NCBI GenBank assembly: GCA_963675515.1
Contig: OY776328.1
Span: 120,001-152,000, forward strand
DNA length: 32,000 nucleotides
Direction of reading: 5' to 3'
From: Coprobacillaceae bacterium
GTDB taxonomy: Bacteria; Bacillota_I; Bacilli_A; Erysipelotrichales; Coprobacillaceae
Part shown: positions 10,977-19,230 of the stretch, piece after piece
Position numbering within the stretch: position 1 is the first letter of the stretch
Layout: each line of letters opens with the position of its first letter
Notes under the pieces: generated by a model
Told to the model about the DNA's origin: nothing
What the model saw: only the letters and a program-made list of their open reading frames with translations
Databases searched by the model: none
Position numbers and translations under genes: made by a program

Positions 10977-11936
10977 ATGATCAGATACGGGATTTTAAGC
11001 ACCGCTTCGATTGTCCCCAGATTTGTCGCCGGGGTCAGGGAGAGCCGGGACGGTCATGTCCAGGCCATTGCATCCAGAACGAAAGAAAAGGCGCAGGAAT
11101 TGGCTGAAAAGCTGAAAATAGAAAATTATTACGGGAGCTATCAGGAACTCTTCGAGGACACTGAAGTTGACATTGTCTATGTTCCCACGGTAAATGGATT
11201 CCATTACCGCGACGCCAAAGCCGCCCTGCTCCACGGCAAGCATGTGATCGTGGAGAAGCCATTTGCGCTTACCGTCGCCCAGGCAGATGAGCTTTTCACC
11301 CTTGCCAAAGAGAAGAAATTGTTTTTGATGGAAACCCAGAAATCGGTTTTCCTGCCAGTGACAAGAAAAGTCAAAGAGCTGCTCGAACAAGGCGCCATCG
11401 GTGATCTCAAATACATTGAGTTCAAGGCCGGTTTTCCCGGCAGATTCAGCTATGACCATTGGATGTACGACCTGTCACTCGGAGGTGGCGCCCTTTATGG
11501 CAGCGCAACATATACTATTGAGTATATTCAGTTCCTGTTCGACCGGCCCAAGCTGAAAATTGATGGGAGCTGCATAAAATGTCCGACCGGAGCCGATGAG
11601 ATCAGCAACTTTGCGCTGACTGTAAACGATTCGATCCTGGTCAGCTCAACAATTGCGATGAATGTCCCGTTGGACAATGAAGCCGTATTCTATGGCGAAA
11701 AAGGCCAGATACGGGTTCCCAACTACTGGAAATCAGACCAGCTTGATCTGATAGGGTACGATGGTACATCGACCCACTTTGATTTCCCTTTTGACAGCGA
11801 ATTCGTTTACGAGATCGACCATATCAACGAATGCCTCAACAGCAATTTTCTTCAAAGCGACGTGATGCCCGCATCCAAGACAATCGAGACAATCAGTCTG
11901 GTCGCCAGCCTATATGAAAAATGGACCAAAGAGTGA
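10977..11936 (+). CDS. Gfo/Idh/MocA-family NAD(P)-dependent oxidoreductase
   Basis: 319 aa. The N-terminal Rossmann start MIRYGILSTASIVPRF and the EKPF motif (VIVEKPFALT) are typical of the family. Confidence 0.85.
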   Translation: MIRYGILSTASIVPRFVAGVRESRDGHVQAIASRTKEKAQELAEKLKIENYYGSYQELFEDTEVDIVYVPTVNGFHYRDAKAALLHGKHVIVEKPFALTVAQADELFTLAKEKKLFLMETQKSVFLPVTRKVKELLEQGAIGDLKYIEFKAGFPGRFSYDHWMYDLSLGGGALYGSATYTIEYIQFLFDRPKLKIDGSCIKCPTGADEISNFALTVNDSILVSSTIAMNVPLDNEAVFYGEKGQIRVPNYWKSDQLDLIGYDGTSTHFDFPFDSEFVYEIDHINECLNSNFLQSDVMPASKTIETISLVASLYEKWTKE

Positions 11937-11981
11937 TCCATCGAATCAATGTCTTTAAAACATCATCATGCAAATAACCTC

Positions 11982-12010
11982 AAAGAGCCGGGGATTTCCC
12001 CGGCTCTTTT
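11982..12010. terminator. Bidirectional intrinsic terminator between convergent genes
   Basis: A 12-bp GC-rich stem, AAAGAGCCGGGG-attt-CCCCGGCTCTTT. It lies between the + gene ending at 11936 and the - gene ending at 12031. Confidence 0.75.
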
Positions 12011-12030
12011 GCGACAGTTTCGCCTATCAA

Positions 12031-12543
12031 TTATTTATCATCAACCAGCACTTCGATGATTTCACCGACATACATGTCATGGAAATCCTTGTTTGGATAG
12101 TAGGCTTCAACGACACCATCTTCCAGGAAACCTTCTTCCCTGATCGGGGCGCGATACATTTTTTTGCAGATGAAAACCAGTTTTGCCTCTTTGAAATAAA
12201 CCGAGTTGTCATTTCCTTCAGGCGTCAGGGAAGTATTGGCTATCTTGTCCCCGTCCCTTCCCGATGCCTTGCCTAGATAACCGAGATCCTTCTTGAATTC
12301 CTGCGGGAAAAAAGACAGGCTGAAATAATCGGATTGGTCCACAAATTCCTTGGTGTATCTTTGCGGCCGGATATAAATCGTTGCCGTCAACTTGCCCCAT
12401 AACGATCCCAGATGGCCCCATGATGCGGTCATCGTATTGAAGCTTTCATCGCCCTTTTTTGCAGTGATCAGCATCCACTCATCGCCAATCAGTGTCATCG
12501 GATTGAAGTTAAGATCTTCAATATCAACTTTTCTTAATGCCAT
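12031..12543 (-). CDS. Flavin reductase-like (FMN-binding split-barrel) domain protein
   Basis: 170 aa from ATG 12543, preceded by AAAGGAG 7 nt upstream. The pattern FNPMTLIGDEWMLITA...NTMTASWG is typical of flavin-reductase-like/flavoredoxin proteins. The longer track ORF start at 12669 overlaps the upstream gene and lacks an SD. Confidence 0.75.
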   Translation of the reverse strand: MALRKVDIEDLNFNPMTLIGDEWMLITAKKGDESFNTMTASWGHLGSLWGKLTATIYIRPQRYTKEFVDQSDYFSLSFFPQEFKKDLGYLGKASGRDGDKIANTSLTPEGNDNSVYFKEAKLVFICKKMYRAPIREEGFLEDGVVEAYYPNKDFHDMYVGEIIEVLVDDK

Positions 12544-12631
12544 AATGTTCTCCTTTTGCATTTTTTTGCCATTAACGTGATGGCAGTAACAATTCATGCC
12601 AAACACCAGCTTTTTTGGCAAACAATTTGGC

Positions 12632-13426
12632 TCATTTGTCTTTGTCGAAGCAGCTGAGCCAGTTTTCAAGCAATTCGAACCAGATTGAAAAAGCGGAATC
12701 GTAATGTTCGGGACTGCTTCTGGTCACCTTGTTTCCCAGCGCCAGGCCATGGACTCCGGTTTTGAATATATGCGACTCCACTGGCACATGATTGTCGACC
12801 AGGGCCTTTACCAACAACACCGTATTGTTGATGGATACTGTTAGATCCTCATATGTTCCAAAGACAAAAGTCTCCGGGAAGTTCTCTCCGACATTCTTTT
12901 CAATGCTCACACAATCGCAAAGCAGTTCATAGTCATCTTGCAGCAGGTTTTTGAATGACCCATGGTGGACATATTCACCAGTCGAAATGACAGGATAACC
13001 CAGGATAATTCCTTTTATTTTTGCGGTCTGCAAAAACAACCGTTGGTATTCACAGGCGTAATTGGCGACCAGATGTCCGCCGGCTGAGAAGCCACAAAGG
13101 TATATTTTTTCCACGTCAATCGAATAGGCCCCGGCGTTTTCAACTACCCAGCTATACAGGGCATCCATCTCCCACAGGGCGGTAGGGTATTTGGCTGGAA
13201 AAACCGAATAATTCAGGACAATCGCATGGCAACCCAGAGAATTGAATTTCAAGGCGATCGGCTCGCCCTCCTTGAAGGAAATTTTTTCATAAGATCCACC
13301 AGGAGCGATCAAAACAACCGGACGCAGGGCATAATCCATTATCTTCGCGTCGGTTGACACAAAATATCCTGTCGCCTTCGATTTGTGGGAATTCTCATTT
13401 GTCACATCAATTTCAGTTATTCTCAT
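12632..13426 (-). CDS. Alpha/beta hydrolase (esterase/lipase-like)
   Basis: 264 aa. It has the nucleophile elbow GFSAGGH (GxSxG), an oxyanion-type APGGSY segment and a C-terminal His (GVHGLAL). Confidence 0.8.
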   Translation of the reverse strand: MRITEIDVTNENSHKSKATGYFVSTDAKIMDYALRPVVLIAPGGSYEKISFKEGEPIALKFNSLGCHAIVLNYSVFPAKYPTALWEMDALYSWVVENAGAYSIDVEKIYLCGFSAGGHLVANYACEYQRLFLQTAKIKGIILGYPVISTGEYVHHGSFKNLLQDDYELLCDCVSIEKNVGENFPETFVFGTYEDLTVSINNTVLLVKALVDNHVPVESHIFKTGVHGLALGNKVTRSSPEHYDSAFSIWFELLENWLSCFDKDK

Positions 13427-13723
13427 CTAATCCTCCATATCGACTGCCGCCCGTTTTTCAAAATACGGATCGATATAGACGCCAGTGAAAACCTCGTAGG
13501 CCGCATCCTGCTCAAAGACCGACAGGTCTTGTTCACTATCAAAAGTCATGACAAACATGATATCGTGATTCGACTTTCCGTTGGAAAGAATCAATTGGGC
13601 AGAAGCGAGTCCCTGGGCCGCTCCGACAAGGGCCTTGAGGTTGTAGTTCAAGTTGTGCGCCAGCGTGGGCCTGTCTACTTCCACGCCTGGAATATATCGC
13701 CACATCTCATATCTAGTAATCAT
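13427..13723 (-). CDS. Small Dabb-like (stress-responsive alpha/beta barrel) protein, tentative
   Basis: 98 aa. The segment HDIMFVMTFDSEQDLSVF...EVF...P...AAVDME resembles the Dabb fold signature. SD GGAGGAAAC is upstream. Its stop abuts the esterase start codon (13427/13426). Confidence 0.5.
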   Translation of the reverse strand: MITRYEMWRYIPGVEVDRPTLAHNLNYNLKALVGAAQGLASAQLILSNGKSNHDIMFVMTFDSEQDLSVFEQDAAYEVFTGVYIDPYFEKRAAVDMED

Positions 13724-13743
13724 TTAAGTTTCCTCCGATTCTT

Positions 13744-13794
13744 CGAACAAAACACCTCATCATTCCGGGGTCGATCCCAAACATTGACGAGGTG
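13744..13794 (-). terminator. Intrinsic terminator after the hybrid kinase gene
   Basis: The minus strand reads CACCTCGTCA-22 nt-TGATGAGGTG followed by TTTTGTT. It starts 9 nt after the kinase stop codon. Confidence 0.55.
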
Positions 13795-13802
13795 CACATC
13801 AG

Positions 13803-15470
13803 TTATTGGACCTTGCTACAAAGAATATCGAAAAGTTTGGTGTTGTCGATTGGCTTCAACAGGTACGCATCCATACCCGCAGCATTGGCCGCCTTGATAT
13901 CCTCTTTGTTTGTGCTGGCCGAAATGCCGATAATCGAAATATCCTGGGCATTGGGATGGGAACAGTTCCTTATTTTCCTGGTGGCATCAATGCCGTTGAG
14001 GTGGGGCATATGGACATCCATGATTATCGCCCAGTAATGGTCCGGCTGCGAGCGGCTGAAAGTCTCAAAACCTTCTTCACCGGTGTTGACCAATACCGCC
14101 CGTGCCCCGATCGAGTTTATATAGTGTTCCAGTATCTGCCCGCTTATCTTGTTGTCCTCACAAATCATGATGAACTTGTCTTTCAGGCATTCATAGTTGT
14201 GGCCCAGGTCGTCCTTTTGGGTAATGACATCGTAGTCAGGATAATAATCGGCCACCAGATCGACAAAGAAGGTCGAACCTTTTTTCATTTCGCTTGTGAC
14301 CTGGATATCCCCTCCAAAAAGATTGGCCAGATGTTTCGCCAAAGCAAGCGAGACACCCGAATTGATGCTTGCCTTTTTGTGTTCGACCTCTTTGGCAAAA
14401 GGAATGAAGATTTCTTCAAGGAATTCGGACGACATTCCCAGGCCGTTATCGCAAATCTCATAGTGAAAATTGACCTTGTTGTCTTTGATCGAGTTGACAA
14501 TCAAAAGGGTGACCTTGCCGTTGACCGGGGTATATCTGATGGCATTGTCCAAGATGCTCTCAAGAATATCATCGTGGCTTTGCAAGTCAAGGTCGACCCA
14601 CCCTTGGATCTGATTCTTATAGATCACATCAAATGAGATGCCTTTTCTAAACGCCGCCTGGTCAATCCTGTCAATAAGCCCAAGATACAAGGTCGAAAGA
14701 TTGACCTTTGCCTTGCGGAGCGTGAACGACTTCGATTCTATTTTTTCGACATTTTCGAGCTTCTCCAACACCTTATGAAGCTGTTTCGCGGATTCAGAAA
14801 TCTTGTTTACGAATTCGTGCTCAAAGTTGTTCGATGCCTCATTGCGGGCGATCTCGCACAGACCCTTGATGCACCCAAGCGGCGTTCTTAGACCATATGC
14901 CGCATTGAAGATATAGTCGTTTTTCAGACGGTTTGCCTGCTCGATTTGCTTGACCAGCAATTCCTTTTCCTGGTTGTTGACAAGAAGGTTCAAATCCTTG
15001 TTGATCAGGATTGAGAATTTATGGAGAATCTCCTGGGATTTGCGGGGCAGTTTTATCGGCTTTTGGTCGAGCACGCAGATGGAACCATACAGTGACCCGT
15101 CCGGCCAGATCAAGGGCCACCCGTAATAGTAGACAGAATCTTCATCGCTGGTAACCTTATTGAAAAAGCACTGCAATCCGTTTTTCACATAGAGGTGCTT
15201 TTTTCTTGCCACCATCATTTCCCAAAAAACTCCCGTCTCCAGGGCAATTGTCGTCTGAAGTTGATGATACCTTGTGGCAAACTCATTGCAGGCTGCGATT
15301 TCGACATTGTTGCGGTTAACTTTCAGAATCAATGCCATCTCAACATCATAGATCGAACCGACTATCTCGAGGAGTTCCTGCCACTTGTCAAGCATGTCCT
15401 GAGGTATTTCGGGTCTTGACGTTGCATTTTCAAGGTTGAAAATTACTTCATTGCAATTGTCATCTTCCAT
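13803..15470 (-). CDS. Orphan hybrid sensor histidine-kinase-like protein (GAF-like N-domain, DHp, HATPase_c, C-terminal receiver) with non-canonical H-box
   Basis: 555 aa. DHp motif is NAAYGLRTPL, N-box LDNAIRYTP, G1 CDNGLGMS and F-box IFIPFAKE. The receiver has ICEDN, IIMDVHMP, ISAS and LLKP. No cognate response regulator is adjacent. Confidence 0.85.
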   Translation of the reverse strand: MEDDNCNEVIFNLENATSRPEIPQDMLDKWQELLEIVGSIYDVEMALILKVNRNNVEIAACNEFATRYHQLQTTIALETGVFWEMMVARKKHLYVKNGLQCFFNKVTSDEDSVYYYGWPLIWPDGSLYGSICVLDQKPIKLPRKSQEILHKFSILINKDLNLLVNNQEKELLVKQIEQANRLKNDYIFNAAYGLRTPLGCIKGLCEIARNEASNNFEHEFVNKISESAKQLHKVLEKLENVEKIESKSFTLRKAKVNLSTLYLGLIDRIDQAAFRKGISFDVIYKNQIQGWVDLDLQSHDDILESILDNAIRYTPVNGKVTLLIVNSIKDNKVNFHYEICDNGLGMSSEFLEEIFIPFAKEVEHKKASINSGVSLALAKHLANLFGGDIQVTSEMKKGSTFFVDLVADYYPDYDVITQKDDLGHNYECLKDKFIMICEDNKISGQILEHYINSIGARAVLVNTGEEGFETFSRSQPDHYWAIIMDVHMPHLNGIDATRKIRNCSHPNAQDISIIGISASTNKEDIKAANAAGMDAYLLKPIDNTKLFDILCSKVQ

Positions 15471-15493
15471 ATCATTTGTCCCCTCATGTAATT

Positions 15494-16135
15494 CTAATCA
15501 GTAAACAACGCACGACCGATCCGGATCCTTGTCGCCCCGTATTTCAAGGCTTCAAGGTAATCGTTGGACATCCCCATTGACAGTTCGGTCATTGCCATAT
15601 CAAATTTTTCATTAAGTTGAACCATTAAGCTTTGCGTCGCCTCGAAATAGCGCGTTGCCTTGCCAGGCTCGATGTTCGGTGCCATCATCATCAATCCGCG
15701 GACTTCCACATTTTCAAACTGATCCAGTCTGGAAAAAAGATCATCCATTTCTTCGACTTCGAATCCATGCTTGCTTTCTTCCCTGGCGATATTCACCTGG
15801 ATCAAAACAGGCATGACCAGGTCGTGTTTCTTGGCCTGTTTGTCAACTTCCTGCAACAAGCCAATACTGTCAATAGAATGGATAATAGTAACCTTGTCGA
15901 TAATGTATTTGACCTTGTTTTTTTGCAAAGTCCCGATGAATTCAAATGTTCCATTGCCATTGTACTGCTCATATTTCTCCAGCAGGGCCTGAACCCTGTT
16001 CTCGCCAAAATGAGTCACCCCGACCCGTTCGAGTTCCCTGATCTGGTCCACGCCCACATATTTGGTCGCGGCCACCAATGTCCGGTCACCCAACTCGCTT
16101 AACAGTTTTTTTACCGCATTCTCATTAACAATCAT
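15494..16135 (-). CDS. yggS: YggS/YlmE-family pyridoxal-phosphate homeostasis protein
   Basis: 213 aa from ATG 16135, preceded by AAAGGAG 8 nt upstream. The segments LVAATKYV, FGENRVQ, FIGTLQKNKVKY, LSMGMSNDY and TRIRIGRALF are characteristic of the family. Confidence 0.88.
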   Translation of the reverse strand: MIVNENAVKKLLSELGDRTLVAATKYVGVDQIRELERVGVTHFGENRVQALLEKYEQYNGNGTFEFIGTLQKNKVKYIIDKVTIIHSIDSIGLLQEVDKQAKKHDLVMPVLIQVNIAREESKHGFEVEEMDDLFSRLDQFENVEVRGLMMMAPNIEPGKATRYFEATQSLMVQLNEKFDMAMTELSMGMSNDYLEALKYGATRIRIGRALFTD

Positions 16136-16282
16136 TTTAACAACTCCTTTATTTACAAGTATACCACTAATTCCCATTTATTGAAGAAGGATATTGAAAA
16201 AAGGTTTCAAATTCCGATGAAAATAAGAATTGAAAGCTTGTTTTATACTCTTTGCCTTGATATACGGGGCATATTGCTTTCA

Positions 16283-16331
16283 AACAAAAAAAGCTGCATC
16301 AAACATGATATGAAGATTCATGGTTGATGCA
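16283..16331 (-). terminator. Intrinsic terminator after the FNT channel gene
   Basis: The minus strand reads TGCATCAACCATG-aatcttcatat-CATGTTTGATGCA followed by GCTTTTTTTG. Confidence 0.75.
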
Positions 16332-16338
16332 ACCTTTG

Positions 16339-17094
16339 TTATTGCGCCGGTTTCATTATATGATAAACCGGTAAACCTAGCAGTACTCCCCCACCAATGA
16401 TGTTACCTAAGGTTGTGATGCCAAAATGGGTCAGTGTTGTCACCCAGTCAATAGGCGTGTTCAATGCAACCGCCAAAGTGAAAGACCCCATATTTGCGAT
16501 ACTATGCTCAAACCCTGGCAGGACGAAGGCCATTACCACTATCAGCATGATGATAACCTTGGCTGTATCGTCCTTGATTTTATAGCTGGTAAAAGACGCG
16601 CAGCATACGGTGAAGTTACATAAGATCGCCTTGGCCAACAATTGCATCGGCTCAAAATCCAGCTTGTGTTCAATGTAAGGATGCACATAATTAACCAGCG
16701 CCTCATGATAGGCACCGGAGAAAACGAACAGACCGCAGATAAAAGCGATTCCGACGAAGTTGCCAAGATAGCAGACAATCCACATCTTGAATACCTGGTG
16801 CAGTTTCAGGTCTCCATGGTAAACCGGGATAAATGATACAAAACAGTTACCGGTGAAAAGTTCCGCCCCCAGAATTGCGATCAGAACGATTCCGATCCCG
16901 AATGATGCCGCCAGAGCCATTTTTGCGACAACCGGATTCAAAGGTGTCAGCAAGCTCACCAGCGTGTAACTCAAATATGTAGCCAAACCTAAATAAAGCC
17001 CTGCCAAAATACTTCTGATGAAAAAACGGCCAGTGTCATTTTCACACATCTCGTATTTTTTTAGAGCCATGTCATTCAACGCTTCAAAATTCAC
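16339..17094 (-). CDS. Formate/nitrite transporter (FNT) family channel
   Basis: A multi-TM protein with FNT-like segments: AGLYLGLATYL, GAELFTGN and FEHSIANM. I prefer the GTG start at 17094 because GGAGGA sits 6 nt upstream. The track start at 17112 is a TTG inside that SD. The start is uncertain by up to 14 codons. Confidence 0.85.
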   Translation of the reverse strand: MNFEALNDMALKKYEMCENDTGRFFIRSILAGLYLGLATYLSYTLVSLLTPLNPVVAKMALAASFGIGIVLIAILGAELFTGNCFVSFIPVYHGDLKLHQVFKMWIVCYLGNFVGIAFICGLFVFSGAYHEALVNYVHPYIEHKLDFEPMQLLAKAILCNFTVCCASFTSYKIKDDTAKVIIMLIVVMAFVLPGFEHSIANMGSFTLAVALNTPIDWVTTLTHFGITTLGNIIGGGVLLGLPVYHIMKPAQ

Positions 17095-17191
17095 AACATT
17101 TCCTCCAAACAAATAATTTCACCCTATTATATCGAAGTACCTCTATCAATTCAACCGCAAATTAAAACTTCTTCATTTATCCATCTTTTTT

Positions 17192-17226
17192 CCAAAAAAC
17201 AACGCCCAAGACGCAAGTCCGGGCGT
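17192..17226 (-). terminator. Intrinsic terminator after dusB
   Basis: The minus strand reads ACGCCC-ggacttgcgtctt-GGGCGT followed by TGTTTTTTGG. Confidence 0.7.
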
Positions 17227-17233
17227 AAACATA

Positions 17234-18220
17234 TTATTGATTTTTGGTTGTGCTTAGATACTCCTGGTATTCTTCAAGTATGCTTTCCAATTGTTCGTAG
17301 GTTTCGATCTTCGCCAAGGCATTTTTTACCACAGCGGTATTTGGCAATCCTTTGAGATACCAAGGACCATGCCCCCGCATCTGCGCCATCGCAATATTCT
17401 CCGGCATTATCTCCAACAATCTTTGCGCATGCTTGAGGCATTGCTCGATTCGCTTGACGATTCCAATGGAATCGTCAACCGGCTGGCCGTTGAACGCATC
17501 GACAACCTGTTTTATCAGCCAGGGGTTGCCAAGGGCTCCCCTGCCGATCATGACCGCATCGCAACCGGTCTGCGCTTTCATGTCGAGCGCATCCTGGACA
17601 CTCCGGATATCCCCGTTGCCAACGACAGGGATGCTGACGGCTTGCTTTACGGCCTTTATGATGCTCCAGTCAGCCTTGCCCTCATACATCTGGTTTCTCG
17701 TCCGGCCGTGGACAGCGATCATTTTGGCTCCGGCTTTTTCACATAACTTGGCGATCTCCACCGCATTGACATGATCATTGTCGAACCCTTTGCGAATTTT
17801 CACGGTAACCGGCTTGGACACATTGTCGACAACCGCCTTTACGATATCATATGCCAGTTGCGGCGTGGTCATCAACGCACTTCCGGCACCGGTCTTGACA
17901 ACCTTGTTTACCGGACAACCCATGTTGATGTCAATTATGTCGCAATCTGTCTTTTCATCAAGATACTTTGCGGCATAGACCATAGTTTCAACCTCGCTGC
18001 CAAAAAGCTGCAAGGCCATCGGATGTTCGTCTTCATGGACCTCGAGCATGGCCAAAGTCTTTTCATTACCGTAATAGATGGCCTTGTCGGATATCAGCTC
18101 CGACACGACCAGGCCGACATTGAATTCCTTTATTATCGTCCTGAATGCAACATTGGTGATCCCGGCCAAGGGAGCCATGATCACGTCGTTTTCAATTACT
18201 ACGTCACCTATTTTAAACAT
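17234..18220 (-). CDS. dusB: tRNA-dihydrouridine synthase
   Basis: 328 aa. The segments APLAGITNVAFR, DINMGCP, TVKIRKG, AVHGRTR and MIGRGALGNPW are typical Dus-family motifs. Confidence 0.9.
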   Translation of the reverse strand: MFKIGDVVIENDVIMAPLAGITNVAFRTIIKEFNVGLVVSELISDKAIYYGNEKTLAMLEVHEDEHPMALQLFGSEVETMVYAAKYLDEKTDCDIIDINMGCPVNKVVKTGAGSALMTTPQLAYDIVKAVVDNVSKPVTVKIRKGFDNDHVNAVEIAKLCEKAGAKMIAVHGRTRNQMYEGKADWSIIKAVKQAVSIPVVGNGDIRSVQDALDMKAQTGCDAVMIGRGALGNPWLIKQVVDAFNGQPVDDSIGIVKRIEQCLKHAQRLLEIMPENIAMAQMRGHGPWYLKGLPNTAVVKNALAKIETYEQLESILEEYQEYLSTTKNQ

Positions 18221-19091
18221 CTTTGGTTCTGCTTAGGATGGCTTTGAGTTGGTCTTCATCGAAATCATATTTGGTATTGCAGAACTGACATGTCACGTTG
18301 GCACCGTGGTCCTTTGCGATCATGTCCTCAAGTTCCGTTTTTCCCACTGAAATCAGGGCCTCTTCCATTTTCTCGCGGCTGCAATCGCACTCGAAAGAAA
18401 CCGGCATTTCACCGAGAATCTCGATGTCATCAAAGATCAATTTGAGAATCTGTTCGGGACTATTGCCATCATGAATAAGCGTTGAAACCGGAGGGAAGGT
18501 TTTCATCTTTTCTTCAATGTATGTGATGTTCTCCTCAGTTGCTTCTGGAAGCAACTGGATTATGAATCCGCCTGCACTGAGGATCTCGTTGGTATCATTG
18601 ACCAACACGCCAAGTGAAACGACTGAAGGAACCTGTTCGGATACCATGAAATAATAGGCGAAATCATCACCTATTTCGCCGGTCTGCAAGGGAACATTTC
18701 CCACGAAAGGCTCTTTCAATCCCATATCTCTGATTATTTGGAGATATCCTTCCTTGCCGACTGCGACTCCGACTGCCAGTTTGCCGGTGTCGTTGTATTG
18801 GTAATGGACTTCGGGATTGGCAACAAAACCTTTTACTTTTCCGTCACTTTTGGTGACCGCCATCAACGTTCCAATCGGTCCTCCGCCATTGATATTGACG
18901 GTTATCTTGTCTTTGGATTTGTTCATCGCGCCCATGATCAGCGTTACCGCCATCAGCCGGCCGAGTGCCGCCGATGCCGTCGGCCATAACCCATGCTTCA
19001 AGCGAGCCACTTCGGTCAACGCAGTCGTTTCAACAGCGAAAACGCGACAATTATATTTGTTTGATAAACCTCTGACTAATTTGTCTGCCAT
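18213..19091 (-). CDS. hslO: Redox-regulated chaperone Hsp33
   Basis: 292 aa. The C-terminal zinc centre is CDCS...CQFC (CxC...CxxC). Its position between ftsH and dusB matches Bacillus-type synteny. Confidence 0.92.
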   Translation of the reverse strand: MADKLVRGLSNKYNCRVFAVETTALTEVARLKHGLWPTASAALGRLMAVTLIMGAMNKSKDKITVNINGGGPIGTLMAVTKSDGKVKGFVANPEVHYQYNDTGKLAVGVAVGKEGYLQIIRDMGLKEPFVGNVPLQTGEIGDDFAYYFMVSEQVPSVVSLGVLVNDTNEILSAGGFIIQLLPEATEENITYIEEKMKTFPPVSTLIHDGNSPEQILKLIFDDIEILGEMPVSFECDCSREKMEEALISVGKTELEDMIAKDHGANVTCQFCNTKYDFDEDQLKAILSRTKDV

Positions 19092-19092
19092 A

Positions 19093-19191
19093 TTAATTAC
19101 CTAGCAACATTCCCATGGTTGTCATCAGGGTCGACAACACCATCGTTATCAGGATAACCCAGATCACAGCCACTCTTTTTTTCTTGCTCAT
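19093..19191 (-). CDS. Candidate 32-aa single-pass membrane peptide (MSKKKRVAVIWVILITMVLSTLMTTMGMLLGN)
   Basis: Below the ORF-track length cutoff; I translated it by hand. The ATG is at 19191-19189, preceded by GGAAAGG 6 nt upstream. The N-terminus is positively charged and followed by about 24 hydrophobic residues. The TAA at 19095-19093 lies 1 nt before the hslO ATG. Confidence 0.4.
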   Translation of the reverse strand: MSKKKRVAVIWVILITMVLSTLMTTMGMLLGN

Positions 19192-19204
19192 ATTCTGCCT
19201 TTCC

Positions 19205-19230
19205 ATGAAAAAAAGCGTCGAGACGCTTTA
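19205..19230 (-). terminator. Intrinsic terminator overlapping the ftsH stop codon
   Basis: The minus strand reads TAAAGCGT-ctcg-ACGCTTTTTTTC. The stem is 6-7 bp and is followed by a T-run. Confidence 0.6.

Noticed and set aside
13385-14636. Plus-strand ORFs 13385..13897, 13792..14037 and 13806..14636 (up to 276 aa) opposite the hybrid kinase and Dabb genes
   Set aside because: They are antisense to genes with clear domain signatures and have no motifs of their own. Long antisense ORFs are expected opposite genes with this codon usage.
15632-18247. ORFs antisense to yggS, the FNT gene and dusB (15632..16102+, 15771..15992+, 15802..16008-, 16397..16585+, 16426..16623+, 16542..16778-, 16642..16836+, 17291..17746+, 17352..17774+, 17771..18247+, 17778..17978+)
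   Set aside because: These are shadow ORFs inside confidently assigned genes.
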